From the NCBI RefSeq assembly GCF_009914755.1, contig NC_060941.1: DNA of 64,000 bases. One strand, written 5' to 3'. Source of the DNA: the human T2T-CHM13v2.0 reference genome, Homo sapiens. Made by a program: the position numbers and the translations under genes. Below the pieces are notes generated by a model that was not told the origin of the DNA, ran no database searches, and saw nothing but the letters and a program-made list of their open reading frames with translations. Positions 51,555 through 64,000 of the stretch are shown piece by piece (position 1 is the first letter of the stretch; each line of letters opens with the position of its first letter).

Positions 51555-52561
51555 TAACCCTTCAGGTGTGGAACATGGAACATTTCAGAGATGTCAGGAC
51601 AGCAGCTGTTTACCAGCTGTGTAAATACAGAACTTCAAAATCCAAGCACCCGCATGTTGGTGGGGAGTCCTGGGGACCACACACCCTGCTTACAGGGCTA
51701 CTGTGAGGGTTGGTCAGATCATGGAGCCACTGGTGCCCACCCCCTCCCGATCCTGATTCAGGAGCACACAGGCTCCTCGACCAGTGGGTGGCGTCTGGGC
51801 CAGCAAGGACTTGTGGCAGGAGACAGGATCCTCTTTGAGGTCAGGAAGCGGGGCGTGTGGGGTGTGCCACTGGGCCAGGCATGTCCCTGCTCATCCCACC
51901 CAGACCAGGCACAGCAAAATCAGGACCCCCTCCTCACCCCACTACCCACAGGTACAGGAAAGAGGAGAGACCCAGCCTCGCTCCTGGTCACTCTGCCCAA
52001 GCTTTTGGGGACCTGGCCAGTGCTCCACCCCAGACTCCACAACTTGGCATTTCTAGCTGTGCCCGAGATGGGGCCAAGGGAGGGGCCAAGCGAGCTATTT
52101 TGGGTCTGGAAAGAGCTGTGGTGGGTGTGAAAGGGAGACAATTACGGGGTTGGTAGGGCCGATGCCTTCCACCCACACCACCCACCCCACCTGCGGTCAG
52201 CCCTCAGCCTGGCCTCAGCACAGATGATGACGAGACCTAGGGGGAAGTGGGAGGTAGAGAGGAAAGTCTCCAAAAGGGGCTAGGGTAGGGAGAGAAGACG
52301 TCAGCACAGGGCCACCTGGGAGGACCCCAAATGGTGACGTGGCTGCAGAGTTGTGGCCAAGAAGCCATGGTTCTCTGGGCTGCCATGGAGAAGGAGCAGT
52401 CAGCCGCCTTCTTCAGGCCATACTGTGTGGTTGTTGTCCTGGGCTCTAGGAGACATGACACAGGGTCATTTTGGGGGCACTGGGGATCACTATGTCATGG
52501 GCCATCTTCCTGTACGTGGCTGAGGTCTGGCCTCTGGTGGCCTCCAATGGCTACACGCCTA

Positions 52562-53312
<751 letters not shown>

Positions 53313-54202
53313 TTGGTCTTGTATCTGTTCTCTTTTTAGATCCAATTAACTTGCCTGTTCCTCCCACCTCCCTCCAGAAGTTAGGCCAGGTGAAAACACA
53401 AGAGAACAACAGCCACGTGGAATCTGGGGGAACATGAGGCCAGGCACTTCTCAAAGAAGAGAGAGAGACAGGAGAGGCGGGGAGAAGAAGGCAGGCGTGG
53501 GAGGGGGTTGGGAGGTGGTTCTGAGTGTCTGTCCAGGCTGCCGGACAAGGATGAGGATGGGGAGATGAGGATGAGACCTGGGGCTGGGACTGTCAGAAAG
53601 AGTGGGGAAAAGGGAGAGAGAAGCAGAGCACAGAGAAAGAAGTAAGAAAGAAAAATTACCAGCAAGGCATTCTGTGCGGAAGGCGCCACGGGCTGCTGGA
53701 AATGCCACGTCTGCGTTTTGTAAGCTTTACTAAGACGTGCTAACTCATTTCATCCTGGCAGCAGCCGCACGAGGCAGGTTATACCTCTTTTCCCATTTGA
53801 TGATGGGTAAATTGAGGCACGCAGAAGCACCAAGGCTGTAGGGCTGTGCTGAAGCTGGAATACCAGCCCAGGCAGTCTGACTCGGACCTGGGCACTTGAA
53901 GCCATTTCTGGAAGGGAGGAGGAAGGCAGGGGAGGGGAAGGACAGCTCCGCTCTGATACCGCCTCACTGCCTGCCGCCCCACCCTGGTCCTCGGGCCATT
54001 GCTGGCGAGGAGGCTTGGACAGGCACGCACCATGGAGGAGACTCATGGCCTCTGGCAAGGCTGGGATAAGATGAAGTGAGTCACTGTCAACTTCTCTTCG
54101 AACCAGAAATATCCTCCCCCAGAAGTATCAGGCAAATCTAATTTTTATAAATCACATTATAGCTCAAATATCTTAGGGAATTCACAACTTATAAACATTT
54201 CT

Positions 54203-54500
54203 GGCTGGGTGCAGTGACTTACACCTGTCATCCCAACACTTTGGGAGGCGGGGGCAGGAGAATCGCTTGAGGCCAAGAGTTCAAGGCCAGCCTGGGCAAC
54301 ACAGTGAGACCCCACCTCTACAAAAAATAAGATAAAAAATTAGCTGGGTGCGGTGGCACACGGCTGTAGTCCCAGCTGCTCAGAAGGCTGAATGTGGGAG
54401 GATTGCACGAGCCCAGGAGTTTGAGGCTGCAGTGAGCTATGAACAGGCCACTGCCCTCCAGTTTGGAAGACAGAATGAGACTCTGTCTCTTAAAAAAAAA
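54203..54500 (+). mobile_element. Alu (AluJ-like)
   Basis: GGAGGATTGCACGAGCCCAGGAGTTTGAGGCTGCAGTGAGCTATG right arm. Confidence 0.93.
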
Positions 54501-54687
54501 TCTTTGTGCCCTTTTGTAATCATTCTCTAATATATCTATCTCTGAGTTTGATATTCATTGAGCAACTTTGTAGTACAACAGTGCTCTGAAAGGGTCAATT
54601 TTAGGTATACATATTTTGGGGGCAGGGTTGAGATGAGTGAAATCCCATTTCAAATGGCCTAGGTGAGTCTTCTTTTTTCTCTCACTG

Positions 54688-54983
54688 ATTTTTTTTTTTT
54701 TGAGACAGGGTCTCCCTCTGTCATCCAGGCTGGAGTGCGATGGCACCATCATGGCTTACTGCAGCCTTAACGTTCCCAACTCAAGTCATCCTCCCTCCTT
54801 AGCCTCCCGAGTAGCATGTGCCACCACGCTCAGCTAATTTTTTATATTTTTTGTAGAGACACGGCTTTGCCATGTTGCCCAGGCTGGCCTCAAACTCCTA
54901 GGCTCAAGCGATCCACCCACCTTGTTTCACACACCCGGCCTCCCAAAGTGCTGGAACTACAGGTATGAGCCGCTGTGCCCAGC
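54688..54983 (-). mobile_element. Alu (AluJ-like)
   Basis: Poly-T, GAGACAGGGTCTC...CTGTGCCCAGCC; small internal insertion near 54922. Confidence 0.93.
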
Positions 54984-55071
54984 CCCCAGTAAATCTTTTT
55001 GAAAACTTCTTTTGTATTCACCTTGCTTTACGTTTTTCTGTAAATTCACACTTCAATTTCTTGGATTTACT

Positions 55072-55253
55072 TAGAGCTGTTCGATACGGTAACCAATAGC
55101 CACATATAGCTATTTAAGTTAATTAAAATTAAATAAAATTAAAAATTCAGTTTCTCAGTAGCACTGGCCACATATGGCTAGTGACTACCATGTTGGGCAG
55201 CACAGACAACAGAATACTTCTATCACTACAGAAAGTTCTACTGGACACTACTG
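55072..55253 (+). mobile_element. MER3-like hAT-Charlie MITE
   Basis: TAGCCACATATAGCTATT...AAATTAAAAATTCAG...GCCACATATGGCTAGTG...AGAAAGTTCTACTGGACA. Confidence 0.85.
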
Positions 55254-55368
55254 GCTTAGAGTATAAAGTCCACTTGAGTCCATTTCTGCTTAAAGTGAGG
55301 CAGGTGTGTATTCTCTCCTGCATCTGAGCCCCTGGGCTGTGTCGTCATCTGAACAACTGATTTAACTA

Positions 55369-55977
<609 letters not shown>

Positions 55978-56717
55978 TCAGGCTCTAGCTCCTGCCAAGT
56001 GGGGTGGCTAAATCCAGATAGAAAATCCAGTCTTACTGGCTTAAACAACTAGAGGACAGAGTTTGCGGCAACCGCAGCAGTTGGAAGTTGAGGGCAGGAA
56101 TCCCAGAAGGAGGAGAGCCAGAGGGAGGAGACCTGAATTCTGTATATAAATTCTACCCAAACCTTAGGCTGATCTCTGAAATATGTACACATGGGGCCAA
56201 TCCCAAGCAGCCCAGCAAAGGCTAGAGGGACTGAACAGAGATTTCTGCTACTGTCAACCACAGGGGAGAGCAAGTTTGGAGTTTGAGTGCAGGGAAGTTA
56301 CCTGTTTGCTAAAAAACATGTAATTCATGACATCTAGGATACATTCCAAAATTCCTAGGCACATGAAGAAACAGGAAAATGTGATCCCTACACAATAGAA
56401 AAGGCAATCAATACAGATTGTTTTAAAACAGCTATTATAACTATCCTCAAGGACATAAAGAAAAATGTGGTCATAATGAATGAACAAATAGAAAATCTTA
56501 GTAGGAAAATAAAAAGCATAAAAAGAACCACATAAAAATTCTAGATCTCTAATATGGTTCAGGTATTTATCCCCTCCAAATCTCATGTGGAAATGCGATC
56601 TCCAGTGTTAGAGGTGCAGTCTAGCGGGTGGTGTTTGGGTAAGGGGGTTCCCCCATGAACGGCTTGGTGCCCTTCCCATGGTAGTGAGCTCTCGTTCTGT
56701 TAGAGAGCTAGTTGTTT

Positions 56718-57031
56718 TTTCTTTTTTTGGTTTGTTTGTTTGTTTGTTTTTTTGAGATGGAGTCTGGCCCTGTCGCCAGGCTGTAGTGCAATAGCGCAAT
56801 CTCAGCTCACTGCAAGCTCCGCCTCCCAGGTTCAAGCGATTCTCCTGCCTCAGCCTCCTGAGTAGCTGGGACTACGGGCGCATGCCACCACACCCAGCTA
56901 ATTTTTGTATTTTTAGTAGAGACGGGTTTCACCATGTTGGCCAGGATGGTCTCAATCTCCTGACCTCATGATCCACCCACCTTGGCCTCCCAAAGTCCTG
57001 GGATTACAGGCGTGAGGCACTGCCCCCAGCC
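56718..57031 (-). mobile_element. Alu (AluSc-like) inserted in the MSTB 5' LTR
   Basis: TCGCCAGGCTG and GACCTCATGATCC variants. TSD AGAGCT(A/G)GTTGTTT. Confidence 0.93.
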
Positions 57032-57220
57032 AAGAGCTGGTTGTTTAAAAGAGCCTGGCACCTCCTGCCTTCTAACTTGCTTCTTCTTTCTCCATCTGAC
57101 ACATCTGCTCTCCCCTTCAACTTCTGGCATGAGTGGAAGCTTCCTGAGGCCTCACCAGAAACAGGTGCCAACACTATGCTTCTTGTACAGCCTCCAGAAC
57201 TATAAGCCAAATAAAATTCT

Positions 57221-57267
<47 letters not shown>
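57221..57267. repeat. (TA)n(TG)n microsatellite in the 5' LTR
   Basis: Seen directly; absent from the 3' LTR. Confidence 0.95.
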
Positions 57268-57270
<3 letters not shown>

Positions 57271-59869
57271 CCAGTCTCAGGTATTCCTTTACAGCAATGC
57301 AAACAGACAAGTACAGAAAACTGGTACTGAGAGTGGAGTGTTGCTATAAAGATACTTGAAAATGTTGAAACAGCTTTGAAATTAGGTAATGAACAAAGGT
57401 TGAAAGAGTTTGGTGGGTTCAAAAATAGACAAAAACATGACATAAAGTTTAGAACTTCTTAGCGACTAGTTAAATGGTTGTAACCAAAGTCCTGATAGAA
57501 ATATAGATAGCAAAGCCCAGGCTGATGAGGTTTCAGAGGAAAACAAACACTTATTAAAAACTGGAGTGAAGATCACCCTGGTTATGCCTTAATAAAAATC
57601 TGGGCTACACTGTGTCTATGGCTTAGGGCTTTATGAGAGACACCACTTACAAGTAATAACCCAAGATATCTGGCAAAAGAAATTTCTAAACGACAAAGCA
57701 CTCAAAATGTGGCCTGGGTGCTTCTAACTTCCTACGACTAGATATGAGAACAAAAAAACGACTTAAATTTAACACTTATAATTAAAAAAAAAAAAAAAGC
57801 AGAGTGTAAAAACTTAGAAAATTTCCAGCTTGGCCATGAGGTAGAGAACAAAAGTGCCTTTCCAGTGAGAAACCCAAGGCACTTGTAAGATAACCTCCTG
57901 CTAGATAAATTTACATGACTAAACGGGAGTCAAGCACGAATAACAAAGACACTGGAAAAAAAAAGACCTGGAAGACATTTGGAAGGTCTTTGGGGAAAAT
58001 CCCTTCCATGACAGGCCCAGAGGCCTAAAAAATGGTTTTAGGGGCCAGGCCTGGATCCCTGCTGCCCTCTGCGGCCCCAGGAGGCTGCTCCCTGCATCCC
58101 TGGCTGCTTCAGCTCCAGCCAGGGCTCAAAGAACCCCAGGTACCATTCAGGGCTCCACTTCAGAGGGCATACGCCATAAGACTTGGCAGCTTCCACATGG
58201 TGAAGCCTGCAGGCACACAGAATACAAAAGTGAAAGAGGCTTGGCAGCTTCCTCCTAGATTTCAGAAGATGTATTAAAAAACTTGGGTGCCCAGACAAGG
58301 CCTGCCACGGGGCGGAGCCCCCACAGAAGGCCTCTGCTAGGGCAGTGTCAAGCAAAAACGTGGGGTTGAAGCTCCCACAGGGTCCTCACCGGGACACTGC
58401 CTGGTGAAGCTGTGGAAATGGGGCTACCAGCCTCCAGACCTCAGCGTGGTACAGCCACCAACAGCTTACAACCTCAACATGAACAGGCACCAGACTCCAA
58501 CCCGTTAAAAACAGCCAGGGGGGCTGTGCCTTACAAAGCCAGAGGGGTGGAGCTGCCCAGGCCTTGGGAGCCCAACCCTCACACCAGTGTGCCCAGGATG
58601 TGGGACATGGAGTCAAGAGAGATTATTTCAGAGCTTTAAGGTTTAACACCTGCCCTGCTGGGTTTCGGACTTGGGTAGGGTCTGTCATTTCTTTCTTTTG
58701 GTTGATTTCTCCCTTTTGAAATGAAAATGTTTACCTCATGCCTGTACCACCATTGTATCTTGAAAGTAAATCACTTGGTTTTGCTTTTACACATTCATAA
58801 ATTTAAAACAACTTGCCTTGAGTCTCAAATGAGACTTTAAACTTTTTGAGTTGATACTCAAATGAGTTTAGACTTTCAAGGACTATTGGAAAAAAATGAT
58901 TATATTTTACAATGTAAAAATGACATGAAATTTAGGAGGCCAGGAGTGGAATGATATGGTTTGGATATGTGTCCCCTCCAAATCTCATGTGGAAACCGGA
59001 TCCTAAATGTTAGAAATGGGGCCTGGGGGAGATGTTTGTGTTGGGAGGCAGATCCCTTGGTGCCCTTCCCACGGTAATGGGTGAATTCTCGCTCTGTTAG
59101 TTCACAAGAGAGCTGGTTGTTTAAAGGAGGCTGGCACCTTCTCCCCCTCTCTCTTGCACCCTCTATCTCTCTTTTTCTCTATGTGACACAACTGCTCCCT
59201 CTTTTCTTTCTGCCAGTGAGTGGAAGCTTCTTGAGCCCCTCGCTAGAAAGATGCTAGTGCCATGCTTCCTGTACAGCCTATAGAACCGTGAGCCAAATAC
59301 ACGTCTCTTCTTTATACATTATCCAGCCTCAGGTATTCCTTTATAACAATGCAAAATGGACTAATACAAGCTGAATACAAGATCTGAAATTAAAAATTTA
59401 TTGGATAGATTTAACAGCAGATTGATGAGAACAGAAGAGTCAATGAATGTGAAAATAGATCAATAAAAAATACCCACCCTGAAGAACCAGCAGAAAAGAA
59501 GACTTTAAAAAAAGCCCAGAGCCTCAGACTGGAGATGAAGGTCTAACATATATTATACATGAAGTCTAGGAAGAGTCAGGAGTGAATGAATGCATAAAAA
59601 GTAGTTAAAGGAATAAGGGCTGAAAATTCCCCAAATTTGGAGAAAGACAAATTGAAGATTCAAGAGGCTCAATGAACCCCAAGCAGGATAAATACAAGGA
59701 GAAGAGTCGTTAAACAGGCGACTGCAGAAGGAAGGAACATGCTTTATCTTCAAACCGCTGGACAGCAGGGCCCACCTCTCTGCAGGCTTCATGTACTTTT
59801 GTGATACATCACATGACAATATTGCCATCGTCTCCCTAAAAAGTGCACACAGGGGGCAAAGGTTGAAAA

Positions 59870-60407
<538 letters not shown>

Positions 60408-60429
60408 CCCATGTTATTTTGTATTCGTG

Positions 60430-60615
60430 CCTATTAACCCTTGCAGCACATTGGAATCACGTGGTGAGGGATGGGGGTGGGGATTGCTTTCAAAAGCAAT
60501 CCCCACCCCCAACGAATTAAATCAGAATTAGTCAGGGCTGCATCCAGGCATTGGAATTTTTTTTTTTCAGCCCCTCTGTGTGATTTTAAGGTCTGATGTG
60601 GATTGAAAGTCACTG
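60430..60615. mobile_element. MER5-family hAT-Charlie MITE
   Basis: GCACATTGGAATCAC...AATTAAATCAGAAT...GTGATTTTAAG...TTGAAAGTCACTG. Confidence 0.75.
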
Positions 60616-61489
60616 TTGTACACTATGCTGCACTCTGGGAAAGATCAGACGAGAAAAGAAAACTGGGTCAATCCCACTCACATTGGTAGGTGGGCGATGA
60701 GAACCCCCGCAAAGGTCCTCAGAACGGAGCTCCGAGCCTTGATCTGTAAGCCTGTACCCTTCCTTCCTTGTCTTTTCCTGATCTCTAGGAGCTACACGGC
60801 TGTCACCACTCTCAGGTCCAGAAGATATGGGGGTGATAAAAGCGGCCGAGGAGCCTCTCTGCAGCAGGTCCTGAGTTACGGGAGGCTGCAGCCATGGACA
60901 CGGGACACTTACTCTGGGTGAAGGATGAGGAGCAGGACCTCAGCGCTCTAACTCTTTCAGGCTTCGGCTGGGGAAGGAAGAGAGTCAGGCGGCCCCATGA
61001 CTCTCCCCAGAGCCCCTCGGGACGGCCCCCCAGAGCCCCTCTTGGGGAGAGACTGGGACTGCTGAGCTTGGTGGACACAGGGCGACCACCCCAGGGGCCC
61101 AGCCTTGCTACCTCCCCTCCCTGTTTACACCCCTGCCTCCTAAGCACAGCCCGGCCTCAACATGCATCTCCTACCACCCCATAGGAGTGGTAGACCCCGT
61201 CTACACCGGGTCCAGAAACCACACAACCCATAGGTTCTGTGAGCTCCTGGCTCTGTTTTCTCAAATCGCAGCAGAGCATATGCTCAATAAAGAGCCTCCA
61301 GGTGCATGTGAGGGTGGGTGAGGTGGCTCCCACTGCTGGCTGGGTGAGCAGTTGGTGCCGCTTTGCCATTTGCCACTAGATTAGCCCAAAAATCAAAAAG
61401 AGGGGGACCCACCCAGCACCCCTCTTGTGATGATGGCGGTGATGGTGATGGTGAGGCTGATGGTGGTGATGTTGCCACCTTCCACTGAG

Positions 61490-61680
61490 CGCTGACTACC
61501 CGTGAGGCACTGAACACCACCATCAGCTCACCGCCATCTCGCAGCCACCCACAAAGGGCACTGCTTTAGCTCTGTTTTACAGATGGGAAGGCTGAGGCTC
61601 AGAGAAGATCAAGTCCTTGCCCGTGGCAGAACTCATATCAAAGCCAGGTCAGTCTCTAACACCGGAGCCCTTTGGAGGGG
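61490..61680 (-). mobile_element. MIR SINE, preceded by a (GATGGT)n tract at 61428-61470
   Basis: TGTTTTACAGATGGGAAGGCTGAGGCTCAGAGAAG. Confidence 0.8.
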
Positions 61681-61981
61681 CCCTCTTCTACCCATTCCTG
61701 TGTTCTTCCTGCCCCTCACTGGACTGAACTGAGTTTAGCCCGAAATGCTCCTCCCAGGCCTGCAGGGACATGGCTGACCTCACATGCTCTGTGCCCCCTT
61801 TAGGGTCTCTGCTCCCCTATTCCTCCTCAGCCCACAGCCTGGGGTCAAGGGTGACTATTGTGAGCCCTGGTCTGGTCCTGAGTGGCTGCTGGGACCTTCC
61901 CAATGCCTGGGTGAAACTCCAGAGAACGAACTCTGGGCCAGCAGGAGTTTGCTGGGAAGTGGCTGCAGGAGGTGGCTCGGG

Positions 61982-62253
<272 letters not shown>

Positions 62254-63399
62254 TGAGGCACCAGGGCGAAGACACTGATATTCAGTACTAGCAACCCCAC
62301 AGCCAGTAGATAGTCAAGTTCCCTGCCCTTTCCAATGCCCACAGGACACTCTGGGTCACTCAGGGAGCTCGGTGGCCCACCCAGGCCCAACCCTGAGCCC
62401 ATCGATCTGGGTCCTGGGGGGAACATGTGGGAGTCCAGCCCGGTGGCCCCCCGGGCGCTCTAAGCAGCCTGTGCCTAATGACCGCAGAAAGCCATTACAG
62501 CTCACTTAGCTGTAAACAGCTCTCCACAGCACTCATTAGGGCCGAGGAGCTCCGAGAGCTCTCCTCCTCGGGTGTGGGGCATGTGCCCAGCGGGGGCTAC
62601 GCCTTCTTACTGGAAACACCGTTTCCCGCCCGGCCTGCCTTCCAGGAAAGGTGAGCCCGGCTGGGGCCCGGCCAGCGCCCTGCCCTCCCCTGCCCTCTCT
62701 GACCGGGGTCTGACCCTCCACAGGGGCTCTCTCCTCCCTGGGCATTTCCCAGCCTGCAGGGGCCCAGGGACAGGACAGGCAGAGCCCCAGGTGCCCCCTT
62801 GACAACACATGCCGGGCTTTCCATGGCCAACCTCACGGCCCACGGGGAAGGAGGAGCGCCCGCGGGGCCAGCTCCCCTGGGTGGGCCAGCACCCTGGGCA
62901 TGCCGGGCCAGGCGGGTGCCCACAGAGACTCCCCTCCTCCCTATGATGGGGATGTGCCTGGGAAAGATGGACAGTTCTGGGGCCTAAACTGCAGGCGGAC
63001 AAGACCTCGGCATTCAGTGCAGGTGTTGTCTTCTACCAAATCAGAGCTGTCCAAATGGTTTTAGATTCGGTCCCCACAAAATCCTGTTGAGGGTCCCAAG
63101 AGATATAACAGAGGTAAGGGTGGTTGTCCTCATCTAAGTGGGGGTGAGGGTGGGGTCCACAGCCTGTCTGTTTTGCTGTTTCCCTCCCTCCCCACTTTGT
63201 CCTATCCCCTACCTGCCGTGAGGGCTCAGTTATCCCTGTAGAATTCTGGGGTCTGCAGACACAGTTTAGTAACCACTGGCCTGCACCACGCACTGTTTTC
63301 TGTGCCTGGAGCGCTCCGACCCCTCTTCCTAGCCAGCTCCCATCCACCCCCACATCCTGATGGCACCCTGTCCCCAGCCCTGCCCTCCCTTCCTCTCAT

Positions 63400-63625
63400 G
63401 CCAGCCTCCCTCTTATCACCCAGCTCTTCACCTTCTTAGCATACCCCTACATTTTCCAGTGATATTTCTATTTGTGTAGTTATTTGCTTATCGCCTTCCT
63501 ATTCCCTGAGCTCTGTAGGGAGGAAGACCATGTCTGTTTTTGTCTCATCTCCAGCATGAGCCCAGTGCTAGGCACACAGCAGGCAGTCCATAAAGATTGA
63601 CTGACTGACTGAATGAATGAATGGT
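63400..63625 (+). mobile_element. L2 3' end
   Basis: TGAGCTCTGTAGGGAGGAAGACCATGTCTG...CAGTGCTAGGCACACAGCAGG...GAATGAATGAATG. Confidence 0.85.
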
Positions 63626-64000
63626 CTAAGCATATGATGCTCAGCTTGCTGGAGAAGGGGCATCAACATCTTCCTATCATTGACCCCTTCTGTGTCCTCA
63701 GCCCTCATGACTGATGTGTCTTCCATCTACTCCTCCACCCCAATCTGGTCAGTATCTACTTGTCCTTTATCTTTCATCTGAGATACTTCCTCCCGGGGAG
63801 CCTCCCAGCGCCGTCAAACACCCAGCATGCTCACTTGTAATGGCGCCTTCTTATCTCTTTCTTCCTGGACCAGGAAGCAGAGCACAGGTGTCTAGTGTCA
63901 ACACATGCCAAGGTGTCCAGTGCAGGTGTGCCACATGAAGGAACGGGTGACTGCCCCATGGCCCTGCTACTATGGGGCAACACCACCTCCTTGGAGGCTG

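Larger units (their letters stand above)
56550..59368 (+). mobile_element. full-length MSTB-type MaLR provirus (5' LTR 56550-57315, internal 57316-58951, 3' LTR 58952-59368)
   Basis: Two homologous LTRs (CCCCTCCAAATCTCATGTGGAAA; AGAGCTGGTTGTTTAAA; CTCAGGTATTCCTTTA). Internal region starts GAAAACTGGTAC and ends in a purine-rich PPT-like tract before TGATATGGTTTGG. Confidence 0.93.

Noticed and set aside
62400-62930. CpG-island promoter
   Set aside because: CpG-enriched but by rough count below island density; no promoter or first-exon evidence.

Overview
Primate, very probably human, GC-rich non-coding DNA (intergenic or deep intronic). I found no credible protein-coding exon, RNA gene or promoter-class CpG island. 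The ORF track is explained by Alu translations, low-complexity sequence and chance ORFs in GC-rich DNA. Interspersed repeats are abundant: about a dozen Alus, many MIR and L2 relics, three old L1 relics, solo MaLR LTRs (MLT1, MST/THE1), hAT MITEs (MER20, MER63, MER5, MER3, MER96B-like), and one complete two-LTR MSTB provirus nested in an L1. Between the repeats are AT-rich islands dense in homeodomain, SOX, FOX and TCF motifs, resembling the enhancer field of a developmental gene. The most notable observations are: (1) the MSTB internal region looks heavily G-to-A hypermutated, as expected from APOBEC3-type editing; (2) three separate short-range diverged duplications, all MIR-derived, two of which interrupt older repeats like templated insertions; (3) perfect palindromes that look like template-switch products; (4) a 55-bp VNTR grown out of an MLT1 LTR; (5) a nested hairpin in a CpG-enriched segment. 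Repeat subfamily names and all consensus comparisons are from memory, and most repeat boundaries are approximate. I cannot determine the genomic locus.
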